Assembly (NCBI RefSeq): GCF_006345805.1
Contig: NC_043001.1
Span: 33,914,001-33,978,000 of the forward strand
Reading direction: 5' to 3'
DNA: 64,000 bases
Origin: Octopus sinensis
Taxonomy: Eukaryota
Shown one piece after another: positions 1-12,769 of the stretch. Under the pieces are notes generated by a model, which saw only the letters and a program-made list of their open reading frames with translations, did not search any database and was not told where the DNA came from. Made by a program: the position numbers and the translations under genes. How positions within the stretch are numbered: the stretch's first letter is position 1; each line of letters opens with the position of its first letter.

Positions 1-267
1 TGCTCTTTTTAATATTCTTCCCCTTCCTAACTCCTCTGCCTCCATTACTCCCATCCCAATACTGTTTTTTCCTCTTTTACCATACTCTTACTATCAGTTT
101 CATCTATCATGAAGCTTTCTTTCATTTTGCAAGCTGCAAGGCAATCCCAATAGTGCAGATACCACAAAAACTCTGCAGGTCATTAATACAACTGTGTAAC
201 AAAACCTCTTTTGTTTTCTTTTCTTTTTTGTCATTGGTCAATAAGTGTTATTTCCTATTTGCTACTA

Positions 268-672
268 TAGGTGCAGGAGTGGCTGTGTGGTAAGAAGCTT
301 GCTTCCCAACCACATGGTTCCAGGTTTAGTCCCACTATGTGGCACCTTGGGCAAGTGTTTTCTATTTTAGCCTCAGGTTGACCAAAGCCTACTGAGTGAA
401 TTTGGAAGACAGAAACTGAAAGAAGCCCATCATATATATATATATATATTTGTGTGTGTGAGTCTGTTTTTGTCCCCCCACCCCACCATCGCTTGACAAC
501 GGATGTTGGTGTGTTTATGTCCCCATAACTTAGCAGTTCAGCAAATGAGACTGATAGGATAAGTACTAGGCTTACAAAGAAAAGTCCTGGAGTCGATTTG
601 TTCGACTAAAGGCGGTGCTCTAGCATGGCCTAAATCAAATGACTGAAACAAGTAAGAGAATAAAAAAGAATA
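268..672 (+). mobile_element. tRNA-derived SINE, full length (head + (TA)n/(GT)n linker + 3' body)
   Basis: A-box-like TGGCTGTGTGG and B-box-like GGTTTAGTCCC in the head; tail ...tagcatggcctaaatcaaatgactgaaacaagtaa; the same layout recurs at least 5 times in the window. Confidence 0.85.
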
Positions 673-839
673 TATATATATATATATATTCTTTTAAGTT
701 TTTTTTATTTTTAATTATCTAGTAATCGAAGGAAATAACTACTATTCCCTTCAAACTTTGCTCTTGTGACTTGGACATCAATGTTTTGAAACTGACCTAT
801 TTTCCATTACATTTCAAACAGATTCAGTGCTGAATTGCT

Positions 840-1060
840 GAAGCAGAAATATCATTATAGAAGATATTCTGGTCAATACCACAGATTTGTTTGTCAGTTG
901 CTTGACCTTAACCACTTGGGACATGTCCCGTAGTGGCTGACAATATGTGCATCACTGATCATGAGCAGGAGTAGCGAGGGAGTATCATACCAATGTGTTG
1001 AGAGGGATTCTTTGGGATTTGAATAAATGTAACAAAAGCAAAGTTTGAAGGAAATATCAG
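840..1060 (+). mobile_element. Older fragment of the retroelement family at 63273-63902
   Basis: Aligns by eye to 63455-63620 (caataccacagatttg...gtgttgagagggattctttgg). Confidence 0.75.
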
Positions 1061-1732
1061 CCATTTTTCATACTTTCTAAGGGTGAGCAAGTAGGAAATA
1101 ACAGTTGCTACCAAGGACAAAAATTGTGTGACACAGTGTAATTGATTCATACAGTGATATTGCTGGGGTTGAGAGGGTTCTTTAGTCTTGCTGATAGCAA
1201 GGCAACTATGATAATGCCGGGGTGATGATAAAAATGTATCTGGTACACTCAGTAAAGAGATTAATGTTAGGAAGGGTACCAGCCATAAACAGTATGTCAT
1301 GAAAGAAACAGTCAAATAAAACATGGTCTTTGAACTCATTGAATCCTGTCAAACCATCCTATTTACCCCAACATGGAAAACAGATGTAAAATGATGTGAT
1401 GATTTTAATTTAGGCAGAAAACCAGCAATTGTGAGGGGAAGTAGTTAGTCAATACCATTCACCCAGTATTAGACTGGTACTTTATTTTATCGACCTTAAA
1501 AAGATGAAAGGCAAATTTGACCATAACAAGATTTGAACCCGCAATGCAAAGAGCTGGGATAAATATTACAACGTATTTTTTTTTTACCAATGCTCACATA
1601 ATTCTCTCAGGCAAGAATGGAAAATGAATGTTAAAGGATGATGATGGTGATGATGTGCTGGCACTGGAGTCAATCTAATCAACAAATGCCCTCCCCTCAA
1701 TATTGCTTTCCTTATATTTGAACAAGAAACCA

Positions 1733-1770
<38 letters not shown>

Positions 1771-1923
1771 TTAACATCTTATAAATATTTCATATCTTCA
1801 GCAGATGAAGTTCCTTAACATAATGTCATGGCAATGCTGTGAAACTTTAACCTATATGTAAATGGTAAACCAGAATGTGGAAAGCACAGAGAATTTTGCT
1901 TTCATTAAACACAATAATAATAA

Positions 1924-1963
<40 letters not shown>

Positions 1964-2497
1964 TATATATATATATATATGCAAACTAATTTTATATCTT
2001 TGAAATCATAAAAATCGAAATGAATTAAAAGACGTAGAAGACCTACATAAATATACAGAGAGATAATGGAACATGAACAAAAAGAGATTAGAATTGTTCT
2101 GTTTGTTTTGTTTGGTTTGGAGTTGTTTTTTTTGGTGGGGGGGAGGTCTATTTTTTAATATACTGATGTGATAAATAATGCATATATCTATTTTATATCT
2201 TTGAAATTCTCAGAAGAAAATAGTTGAAGATGCATGGAAAGTAAACAAAGCAGAAACAAGGATAATTATTGGTTATATTATTTTGAAGAAATGCAATTCA
2301 TTGTTAGAGTACAATTTATGTGAAAATACTTGACAGTTTTCTGGTGAAACTAAGGCCAACATATGTCAAAAACAAAAAGATGAGAAAGTAATGACCAATA
2401 CTGACTATAAATTTCCCAAACAATGTGGTTTCAGACTAACATAAACTATACATTTCCACTAAATAAACAAAGCAAAATATGAAAGAAACCAAACCAT

Positions 2498-2537
2498 ATA
2501 TACACACACACACATATATGTACACACACACACATAC

Positions 2538-2569
<32 letters not shown>

Positions 2570-2609
2570 GCACACACACACATATATATATACACACACA
2601 CACACGCAT

Positions 2610-2661
<52 letters not shown>
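2498..2661. repeat. Compound (CA)n/(TA)n microsatellite
   Basis: Direct reading; explains ORFs at 2436-2688. Confidence 0.95.
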
Positions 2662-2662
<1 letters not shown>

Positions 2663-2756
2663 AATGTCATTCAGAAAATAATGTCTGATTTTAGAATAAA
2701 CATTTATTCCTAAATTAATGAATTTAAACAGTGTTTTAACAAGTCAAAATATGATC

Positions 2757-3245
2757 CATGAACACAGGTTCCAGGTTCAAACTCATTGCATGGCACCTTG
2801 GGCAAGTGTTTTCTGCTATAACCTTGGACTAATCAAAGCCTTGTGAGTGGATTTGGTAGACGGAATATAAAAAAAAAACAGTTGTATATATATATATATA
2901 TATATGTATATGTATATATAGTGAGAATTTACAAAAAAACAAAAGATGAAAATGAGTGTGTAAACAACAAACAGATGTATTAGTTTAATGCTCGGGAAGT
3001 GAGAAAGTCTTTTACGCTTTAAGCCTTCGCTCTTTGACAGAAAGGAACACAAAAATAAACAGGGAGGTGCATGTTTTTGTGTTTGTACCCATAATCTAGC
3101 AGTTCAGCAAAAGAAACTGATAGAATAAGTACTGGGCTTAAGGAAATAAATCCTGGAGTCAATATGTTCAACTAAAACCCTTCAAGTTCATGCTCCACTA
3201 TGGTCGCAGTCAAATGACTGAAACACGTAAAACATAAAAGATAGA
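2757..3245 (+). mobile_element. tRNA-SINE nested in the mariner, split by a Penelope-type repeat
   Basis: Head 2757-2880 and body 3075-3245 match 268-672. Confidence 0.8.
2920..3065 (-). mobile_element. Penelope-like terminal repeat, family 1 (decayed hammerhead)
   Basis: Matches copies at 32930, 43535 and 50945; preceded by (TA)n. Confidence 0.6.
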
Positions 3246-6200
3246 AGATCTGTATATATCTGCCATTGATTAACGAGTTTATTTATATTTGTACAATAAA
3301 ACTCTAAAAGTTTTGATGTCAGGAAATCTCAAGTCAGTGAGCTTCTGCAGTGTCATCCTGGCAACATGTGGCCAAGCATTATCCTGAAGCAGAATTGGAC
3401 CTCATTGATTAACCAGAGCCAGACACATTTTGCTTAACTGAACATGCATTTCATCCAGTTGCTGGCAGTAAATTTTCACAATGATGCTCTGGTTAGATTC
3501 CAGAAAGCTGTAATGGACAATGTCAATGGCAAACCACCACCAGACAGTCACCATAATCTTTTGTTTATGCAATTTCGATTTTGGAAAGTGTTTGGGTGCA
3601 TCATCATGATCAAGCCATTGAGCTGATCATTTATGATTGTCATAAAAGGATGCATTTTTTTTTTGTCACAAGTCACTATTTGATCAAAAAATGGATTGAG
3701 GTCCATAGAAATAGCATTGAACAAACTTCGAATGATTGAACTCACTTCAAAACATCGAACTCTTTGGATTTCACTGAGTTCATGTGGAATTCATTAATCA
3801 AGTTTCTTCATCTTGCCAATTTTCTTGAGATGATCTGATATAGTTGAAATAGTAACACCCATTGCATGAGACATTTCACTGATACTTTGATGTGGGTTTT
3901 GTTTGATGAGTGTTTTCAGATGCTGGTTATCGATTGTGGAGGTGAATTTTTTATACAACTACAATTAAAATAATATATCAGAAAAGAATTTACACAGTTT
4001 ATACTAAAATTGGACATTATTTTCTGAACAACCTAAAAATACTCACACACACACACACACACATATGTAGACATACATCATATGCACACACAACCACAGT
4101 ATCAATCGTTTATAACCTTAGTTTATATTGTCATTTGTTAAGGACCTTTGAGACTTGTAATATAAACCTTCACCAATCAAAGTTCGCTGACTCCATAAAG
4201 GGATTTACACCTGTTTCACAATGAAAATTAACAACACTGATGTGATGTCTTTATTTCTGACTATTTTCACAAGGTTTAAATATAATAGAGGTATCTTTAT
4301 ATACTTTTCCAATAATATCAGATTGTACTTAAAAGAAAAAATTTTAGTTACCCTTTTGGAAAATAAAAAGTAAACATGGCACCTGAAATACAATCAGATA
4401 CATAGCCATTTACTAACTAAACAATGCAGTTGATGGAATAACCATCTTCAGCAGTGTAATTGAAAGCATGAGGATTTCTTTGGGGTAATCATGAATAACA
4501 ATGTAGAATTACATATAACCTCTCCCAGAGGACTTTTAGATGAAGATTATTTCCAAACTTCAATGAGTTGGTAGTGCAATGGATATCAGCTCTGTGTACT
4601 GAGGATGTCCATTCAGCCTCTGCATCACATGTACATTCTATATCATGTCCCATTTTTATTTTTTTGTCCATTTTGTATAATATTGTACTACACTGTGCGA
4701 CTTTGTAGGATTATGTTTGTAATTCATTGCAGTTTCAGGAGAAATTACAAAACTGTACGACAACAGGTTGAATGCTTTGCTGTATTTCGTTATGTGCTCC
4801 AACATTTCGAGTTCAAGTCATGTCTGGATTTACTTTGCTTTTCTTCCTTCCTCTATCCTTAATTAGTGGATTTGTGCCAATATAAGAAATTGTTATTGAA
4901 ATAGCTATTATGCTCTCACTGTGTAATAAGAAAAAAAGTCTGAACATTACACAATGTTAGCAGCTACTTAAAAAATAGAAGAGAGAAAAGTGCTATTAAC
5001 AAAAATATTTAGAAAATAAAGTACATTACATGACTATATCACACTTTGAAATGGCAACCATTCAATACAAAGTAGATGATATAATGGAGGAGCCAGGAAA
5101 TAAACAGAAGACTATCTTAGATTAAGATCTAATGGTGGTAGGCAGAGACATGCAAAATAGAAATGGTAATGTTACAGCAGCCTCAGCAAAAAGTAAGTTA
5201 TCACAGTACAGTTTTATCAGGTCAATTATCATTCATATATATTTGCTTATTTTTTCCAAAAAACTATTTTACAAAATTTCAAAGTAGAATTTGTCAGAAA
5301 AAATATGTATTGCATTTTATTTAGATTTGGTTTGAGCTCCTATCCTACTTTGTTGAGCAAAATGGATTTTAATTTCTAACAAGTAAAAAAAATAAAGCAA
5401 ATAAAAACTACAGTTGTTTAACTTACTCTATGATACATTACAGATACATGTTCTTTTTAAAAGCTATTATTTCCTATCATTTAGTTTCAATCGTCTTCAT
5501 AGCCTTATTTATAATAGTTTTAAGTATTGTATACAAGTGTTTTTAAGAGATGAGACAGAACATTTAGCAGTATAACTCACTGATAAAAATCACCAAGATA
5601 AGATATTTGAAAAGTAGATTCGATTTAAAGTATTGAGAATTAATATTTCCAAGGTTAATGGTTAACTTAGCTTTTCATCTTCCAGAGTTGATAAGTTAAA
5701 TATCAACGGTATATTAGGTCAAGTGGATCAAACTCGTATTTAATTCATTGCGTTTCTGATCACACCTCCAAACACACTATCATTTATCAACACCACCATA
5801 GCAAAAATGTGTTCAATAAGAAATAACTATAGCTATTCAATGACAGCAGAAATATTATTAGAATAGTTGAAAATAGACAATTTCTCAACAATAGCAACAA
5901 AAAAATATTTAGAAAAATGTGAACATTTTCTGTTATTTCTTATCTTGACTAGGCCACTGTTACACATCACAACTTGCAAAAGGAAATATGTAGAGAACCT
6001 CTTGAAATAGATCACTGAGAAAGCTTATTAGTGTTTTTATAACTTCATTTCAATACTTCTCTGGCTTCCCTAAAAGTACTAAAAGTGCCACCATCCAATA
6101 TGTCTTCTCAATTTCTCATTATTCTTACTTCCAAATCCAACATATTGTTAATCATATATCCATTTACATGAATAAATGCAAGTAAAGCTTAATATCTACT

Positions 6201-8079
6201 TATCTCTTACACTAACATAGTTATGGTTACAGAGCCAGAAACTTCGCTACACAATAGATATCAAAATCAAAATTCTGATAAGTAAACTGTGAGGCATTCA
6301 AGTATCACAGCTCAATGGTACCAATTATACACGTCAACTAGTTTTCTTAGTTTGAAAATTTCTCTATAGTCTATGATTAAGTTAAGCTGACCATTTTTAG
6401 CAACACTTAACACACCATGAGTAATAGCAAGCCATTTCTTCTTCCTTCAGGTTCAGAAACATCTGTACATTTGATTCATGTTATATATCATTAACTTGAT
6501 GCATAAACATGAGTCAATTTGTTATGACAAGGTGTGAAAAAGACTATTTGTATAATCTTGCATTAGCAAGATTTAACTGATAAATATTTAAGGAAACAGT
6601 TTCAGTTCCATATAACAGAGTGGGTTCAATACAGAAATTTATGCATTTACAAACTAGTGCAATATGAAGGTTTGAGAAATTATTGAATGACATATTTCAC
6701 TGTTAAAATTCCATATCTCCAGTTGCACATATTTCTAGGATGTCATGCAATCAATTTCAATTATATTACATATACAATTAAATGCAGTAATTTTTCAAGT
6801 CTAAAAGTAGAATGAACAAATACAACATTCTTACAATGGCTGTATGGTTGTTTAAAAATGTTCCTAAAATGTTGCTCAAAAAAAAAAAAAATTCAAAAAA
6901 GGAAAATAAATAATATAGAACTTATGCAAAACAAATGTTAAGTATTGGTTTCTTTGAAGCAGATAGAAAGTCAGTGTTTTTTGAGGATAGCTACATAGTC
7001 AAATGAACCAACCTCAATATATTACTTCTATTGTATGGCTGTTAAGAGATGCAAAATAAAGTCTACTATGGTAGAATTTGAAAACGCAATGTAAAGGGAG
7101 CAGAGTTTAAATACAAAAAAGGCATTAAGTCTAGCACATGTCCAAGTATGATAGCAATAATAGTTATTACTATCAATAAATAGTAAATGTTATACAAGCC
7201 ACCTGTTTTCACACTGATATACATGCATTCACACACACACACATATACACACAGTGCTACCCAAAAAAAGAGTCTGTACATCAGTAATATCCTTGTGATA
7301 TTGAAAAAGAGCTGAACATATTACTTTCCACTTGAAACATTTTAGTTCAATACCTATTTAAGGAACAATTATTTCTTTCTCACTGAGACCTTATTAGAAC
7401 TAACACCATGTCTATCAATTGCATATGTCTCTCTATAAGTACATTTCAAAGTATGTGTGGCTGTGTGTCTGTGTACACACAGACACACACACACACTCAT
7501 GGATGCATACATATAAGACTAGAATATAGCATTTTCTTATGGATTGTCTACACTTTGTAATTTCTTTGTTTTCTGAATTTGTTGAGGTATACATAGGAAT
7601 ACTTTAGAAAATAGGTTTGAAATGAGTAATAGCTTCCTTTGCTTATTCTGTCATAAATCAGGAAATTTCTATAAGAATTTTAACTTTAAGATGCAATAAG
7701 GTTAAGAGCTTATACTCTCAATATACTGCAATATATTATTCATGCACATTTTATCAATGTTGAATGGATAAAAGGACAGATTTGGATAGATACTGTAGCA
7801 CATTTAGTCTGGTATTCAAACCATTGTTACAACTCTTACACATTTATTACTTAAAGGTGGCATGGTAAGAGCAGGGGAGTGGCAAAAACAACAGAATGTC
7901 AAACAAAATGTGCCATGTAGTATTTAGTCATATCTAAGTTGAAACCTATGAGCACTGGCTTTGCCTTCCACCGACTAGTACCATTAAACAAATTAGTCAA
8001 GTTCTAGGGTTGGTTTAATTTATTATACTCCTTCCAATAATAGCTTTGTATCAAGATTTGTAAACAATAGAGTGATACT

Positions 8080-9070
8080 CCAATTACCACAGATTAGAAT
8101 ACTGTGGTTCCTAATTTGAAGTGGTCAGCAGCTGATCCTCAGAATTCAAAAGTTGTGCAAATGAATCTAATTTACAGCAGTGTGTGGTATGTAAATGGAA
8201 TGAGAAATAATGTTGTGTGGCATATTTTCATAGAGCACACATACCACCTAGATATGTACTATATGATATCAACAACTAGTTAGCTTCATTATTTCTGTTG
8301 TCTACAAATATTTTTCACACACATATATATTCAGGCCTTCAGTTTATTAGCATGAATTCTGAATGAGAGAACAACCTTATTAATGTGGTGAAAGTGATGA
8401 GAAGAATAGCAATAATTAGCAAACATGAAAGTGGTATTACTAAAGCTAAACTTGGCTGGCAGCAACCTACCAATGAACCACTGGTGCATGATATAATTCA
8501 GAACTTGAAACTTACAAAGAATGATTACAAAGAGTCGTGTCATAATCAAAATTCCGAACAAGAAAACAAAGTACTACAATAAGTGAAATGGAATATCTTG
8601 GATTTGAGATTGCAATCAAAAACATATCCAGTAAGTTAAATACGCATCAAAACAAAAGCTATAAGTCGGTTTGTAGCAATCCAACGAAAACTGAGAAAAC
8701 AAATCAGAAGGGCAAACTAACAAAATATTTTCTGTAAGTTCTGGACAGTTCTATATGTTTAGAACTGCACAAATTAAAGCACATGTTTAGGATTATAGGG
8801 CAAAGAACAAGTGTGGACTAAGATGAAGCAACCAGACACCTTGCAGAAACATTTTTGGAGACGGTGATTTATGATGGTGAATATAAACAAATGAAGCTGA
8901 GATGTAGATGAAAGAATTCTCAACTAAAAGTCATAATACTATTTTTAGAATTTTTGAAGATGAAAAGCAGATGATAATGGATGCAGATGTGAATGTAAGA
9001 AAATTATGCAAGTCAGAAAACAAGTTGAAAATGCACTCGGCTGCAATAAAGTTATGCACAAAGAGATGAA
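8080..9070 (+). mobile_element. Highly degenerate LINE-like coding remnant (possibly R4/Dong)
   Basis: Broken protein-like frames (KLGWQQPTNEPLVHDIIQNLKL; EATRHLAETFLETVIY); family assignment weak. Confidence 0.3.
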
Positions 9071-10199
9071 AGAAAAATCAACTCAAACACCCCTTTTATA
9101 ATATTTTAAAAATCAATAAAAACATATTCTTTCAAATACACTGATGCAAGTGAATAAACTTATAAAAATATAAAATTGCTTCCAATATATATATATTTCT
9201 TTCTTATTTTATAACTATTTTCATAAGTACCTCCAACCCCATATTTTGGAAAATTAAAAATTTAGAATTTTGCAAAGTCTAGACATGAATTGGTGATTTT
9301 TACATGCATTTATGCTTCGAATACTGTGATGGTAATCAAGGTATCCTTATATTTGCTTTTTATTCTTCTAGTGTCAAAAAAAGTAAGTATCAGTTAAGTA
9401 CATGAGTTGATTTAATTACATAAATTTCCCCATAAAATACCAGTTACGTGCCAAAGTTAAAAATTATCATCATGATCATTATCATTTGTAGTTCACAACT
9501 TTGGATATGAGATGAGAAGAAGAATGTGACATTTCACCACAGATACTTTGAAAGAAAATTTTGTTCAACTGTTAAAATATTGTTTTGTTTTCCATAGTTT
9601 TATGTGTGTCTTTTACTGACTCATACCTCTGTATTTTTAAATTATATGCTATACCAATTTTTCAAGGATCAAAATATTTGAGTTACCTCTATTTTGTATT
9701 GCAATGGGTTTCATTTGTTACTTGTGTTATTTTGTTGTTGCTTTGGTTTATTATGAAAATTCACATCCGGTTGTGGTTTGTGTGGAATATGAAGCGAGAA
9801 GGTTGTGTTACTGAACTGAATGTGGTAAGTGGTTTGTATACCAGGTGTGGTGTAAATAGTAGCACGTTTTTGGGGGGTTCTGATGGAACTATTTTATCAG
9901 GTCAGTCATGGTATAGTGTTTCTGTTTATGTTCTTTTAATTATCATATTCAGTTCATCGATACCATTTTTACTCCTCCACCCGCTATACCTTCCATATTT
10001 CCATTTCAAAGTCCTTGCATTTTGATAGCTTTGAGGCAACATTTTAGGTCAGAAACAATAGAGATACATGTCTATCAAAGTACAGAGGTTTTTCTTCATA
10101 TTTGATTTATGATATTCAGAAATTTTCTTTGATGGTCATGTCAATATGGAGAGGCACATTTCTAAATAACATAGCATTGTCATAATGCTATTCATTTGC

Positions 10200-11630
10200 A
10201 GTTTCAGTGCTTAAGTGTTTACATATATCCCATTTGATCCAGTTGCCTAGATACATATGCCCACTGATTTATTTTGCATGTAGCAATCAGAAAGATCACT
10301 TTTATGATATCCTTCAACAGGCTACCTCAAAGATGAGTGGCAATGACCTCATCTTTGTGGCTGAAGAGTTTAATGAGCATGTCGGATGACAGTTCAGTAT
10401 CTTCCATAGTGTTCACGAGGGTCATGGAATTGGTTCCCGAAACAAAGAGGGAACTAGGCTACTGGAGTTCTGTGATGCATGCAACACTAACTTCAGGAAG
10501 CCAGACAGCCACCTGATAACCTATCAATCAGGCAGCTCTGCTAGCCAGATTGATTTCATCCTCACCAGACAGCAGGATGCAAGGTTGGTCTTAAATACAA
10601 GGACCCTCCCTGGTGAAGAATGTACCCCCCCCCCCAGCATAGACTAGTTATTAGTGACATTAGACTCAAGACCAGAAACATGCCAAGGACCAGACCTATC
10701 CAGAAAAGAAGTATTTGGAAGTTAAAAAACCCTTCACATGGTCAGGGATTTAGGGACATCCTCATTGAGAAATTTGATGAGAGGGAGGAGGATCTTCAGA
10801 CTTCAAACATAGAGATCAACTGGAAATTCCACTACCTAGGTGACCAAGTTTGTAGTGGGGGTGGATGCTCGGAGAGCATTGCCACTAGAATAAGAATAGC
10901 CTGGGTAAAGTTCAGAAAGCTCCTACCTCTACTGGTGACAAAGCGCCTCTTGCTCACAGTAAAAGGTATACTGTATGATGCATGTGTGCAAACTACCATG
11001 TTACATGGCAGTGAAACATGGGCTGTGACTGCTGAAGACATGCGTGGGCTTGAAAGAAATGAAGCTAGTATAATCCACTGGATGTCAGGGTGCACACATG
11101 ACAGAGTGTAAGTGCCCTGAGAGAAATGTTGGACATAAGAAGCATTCAAACGTTGGGCCTCACAGAGGCAATGACGAAACACCGAGATGTCTGGAGATAT
11201 GCTGTGATTGAGAAGACCTAGTAAGTAAAGTGAGATCACAGCCATAGGCTACACCAGTGTTGCAGAACCAGCCTATTCAAAAAGTACCTTTGAATTGTCG
11301 GGCAACACACTGTACTTGAGGAGACCTATTGAGCCAAGTAAAATCAAAATCAAAAGCAAAGCAGAAATCAAATCATAATCCAATGGAAATTGTAGTTGTG
11401 GCTGATGTTAGTGCTGCCTGACTGGCTCCCATGCCGGTGGCACGTAAAAAATACTAACTACACTCTTGGAATGGTTGACATTAGGAAGGGCATCCAGCTG
11501 TGTAAACATTGCCAGATCAGATTGGAGCCTGGTGCGGCCTCTTGGCTAACCAGTCCCCAGTCAAACTGTCCAATTCATGCCAGCATAGAAAACAGACGTT
11601 AAACAATGATGATGATGATGATGATGATGA
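10200..11630 (+). mobile_element. RTE LINE with internal deletions and 3' UTR ending in (GAT)n
   Basis: APE motifs (EFNEHVG, GSRNKEGTRLLEFC, HLITYQSG..SQIDFIL, QHRLVISD) joined at ~10828 to post-RT YLG..GGCSESIATRIRIAW..MLHGSETW; tail ...acagacgttaaacaatgatgatg. Confidence 0.9.
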
Positions 11631-12399
11631 ATGAGGTGGACAATTGTTTCTTTATGTTGCTTATATGGCTCGCAGCTGAAGTTAACCCTTTGTTTCAATA
11701 TTTCATTTTAATAGCTTTTTCATTTTAACAGTGTCAAGTCATTGATCTTGTGAGCTAAATTCAGATTATCATTTTTGCCTTCAGCCAAAATTTTCTGAGC
11801 AACTGTTAACTTTCATCTTGGACAGTTTCTGTATCTTTTAGGGTTTCACTGTGAATTTCTCTTTTGTTTTGTTTTATTGGTAGGGGAGAGCCCTTCTGCT
11901 TAATTCTTTAAAACTTCAGTTTAAACTTTATCTCTCTTTCTGTATGCGTGTGTGTGTGTGTAAGAGAGAGAGGGAGGGAGAGAGAGAGAGAGAGAAGGGG
12001 AGAGAGAGAGAGAGCAAAAGAGAGAAAAAGTGAGATTTTTTCTTCATCTCCCCTCCCTGTTTGTATGACTTGGCAAAAAACATACCTGCATTTTATAATT
12101 TTATAATATAGTCCGATGCAATATTAGATTTACTGAAGCTGTTGATTTGCCATAGGTAAGGACCAGTAGTGAAAGAAAATTGGTCAGTGTTTAAAGTAGA
12201 ACTCTGAACTTACAGAAACATGATGATGACAGGTATGTATACCTGCTTAATATGAACTTAAAGCAGTTAGTTTAAAATGCAGAGAGTAGTTTGTTTTGTT
12301 TTGTTTTTCATCAAGGCTCATCATTCAACCTGACCATCAATTTTGAAGCAGTAATGAGTGACTGGGATGGGATAACTATGATTTTATATCTATTATCTT

Positions 12400-12555
12400 A
12401 TTTCTAACACTGAGTTTGGATATCATCTTCTTCTGGCATTAAGTTGAGTTATAATCTTACATCTGGCCATGAATTAAGCTATTTCTGGCATAAAGTTCAA
12501 TTACACTCTTATTTCTGGCAATGAATTCACTTATAACCTTATTTCTGGCACTCAT
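12400..12555. repeat. Degenerate ~30-bp minisatellite (~5 units, core ttatttctggca)
   Basis: Recurrent tttctggca(a/t)t..att..cttata..c at ~30-bp spacing. Confidence 0.7.
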
Positions 12556-12769
12556 CATTACCATCATTTAATATCCATTTTTTCTATGGGTCAGATGGAA
12601 TTTGTTGATGCAAATTTTCTATAGCAAGATGGCCTTTCTGTGGCCAACTCTCACCTGTTTCTAAGCAAGGTAATATTTTCTCATAGCTAGATATATGCTT
12701 GAATGATGATGATACTCATTTACTACCATTATGTAATGTCTACACAACCACACCCACACAACATGCGTC

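Larger units (their letters stand above)
2665..4034 (-). mobile_element. Degenerate mariner (DD34D-type) transposon with TIRs
   Basis: Inverted repeats ttcagaaaataatgtc..ttttag at 2665-2700 and 3997-4034. Minus-strand translation gives IPHELS, FFDQIVTCDKK, PKHFPKSKLH..KIMVTVWW, GPILLQDNAWPHVARMTLQKLTDL and C-terminal KLVNQWQ; frameshifts, third-Asp region deleted. Confidence 0.88.

Noticed and set aside
268-340. Possible tRNA genes
   Set aside because: A/B boxes run straight into SINE bodies, with no complete cloverleaf
959-1339. 126-aa minus-strand ORF
   Set aside because: Antisense to two repeat fragments, with no domain or splice support
2436-2688. ORFs such as MCVCVC..., THTHTH... and YIYIYI... 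(also at 32721, 37662, 39680-40276, 59132-59589)
   Set aside because: Translations of dinucleotide microsatellites
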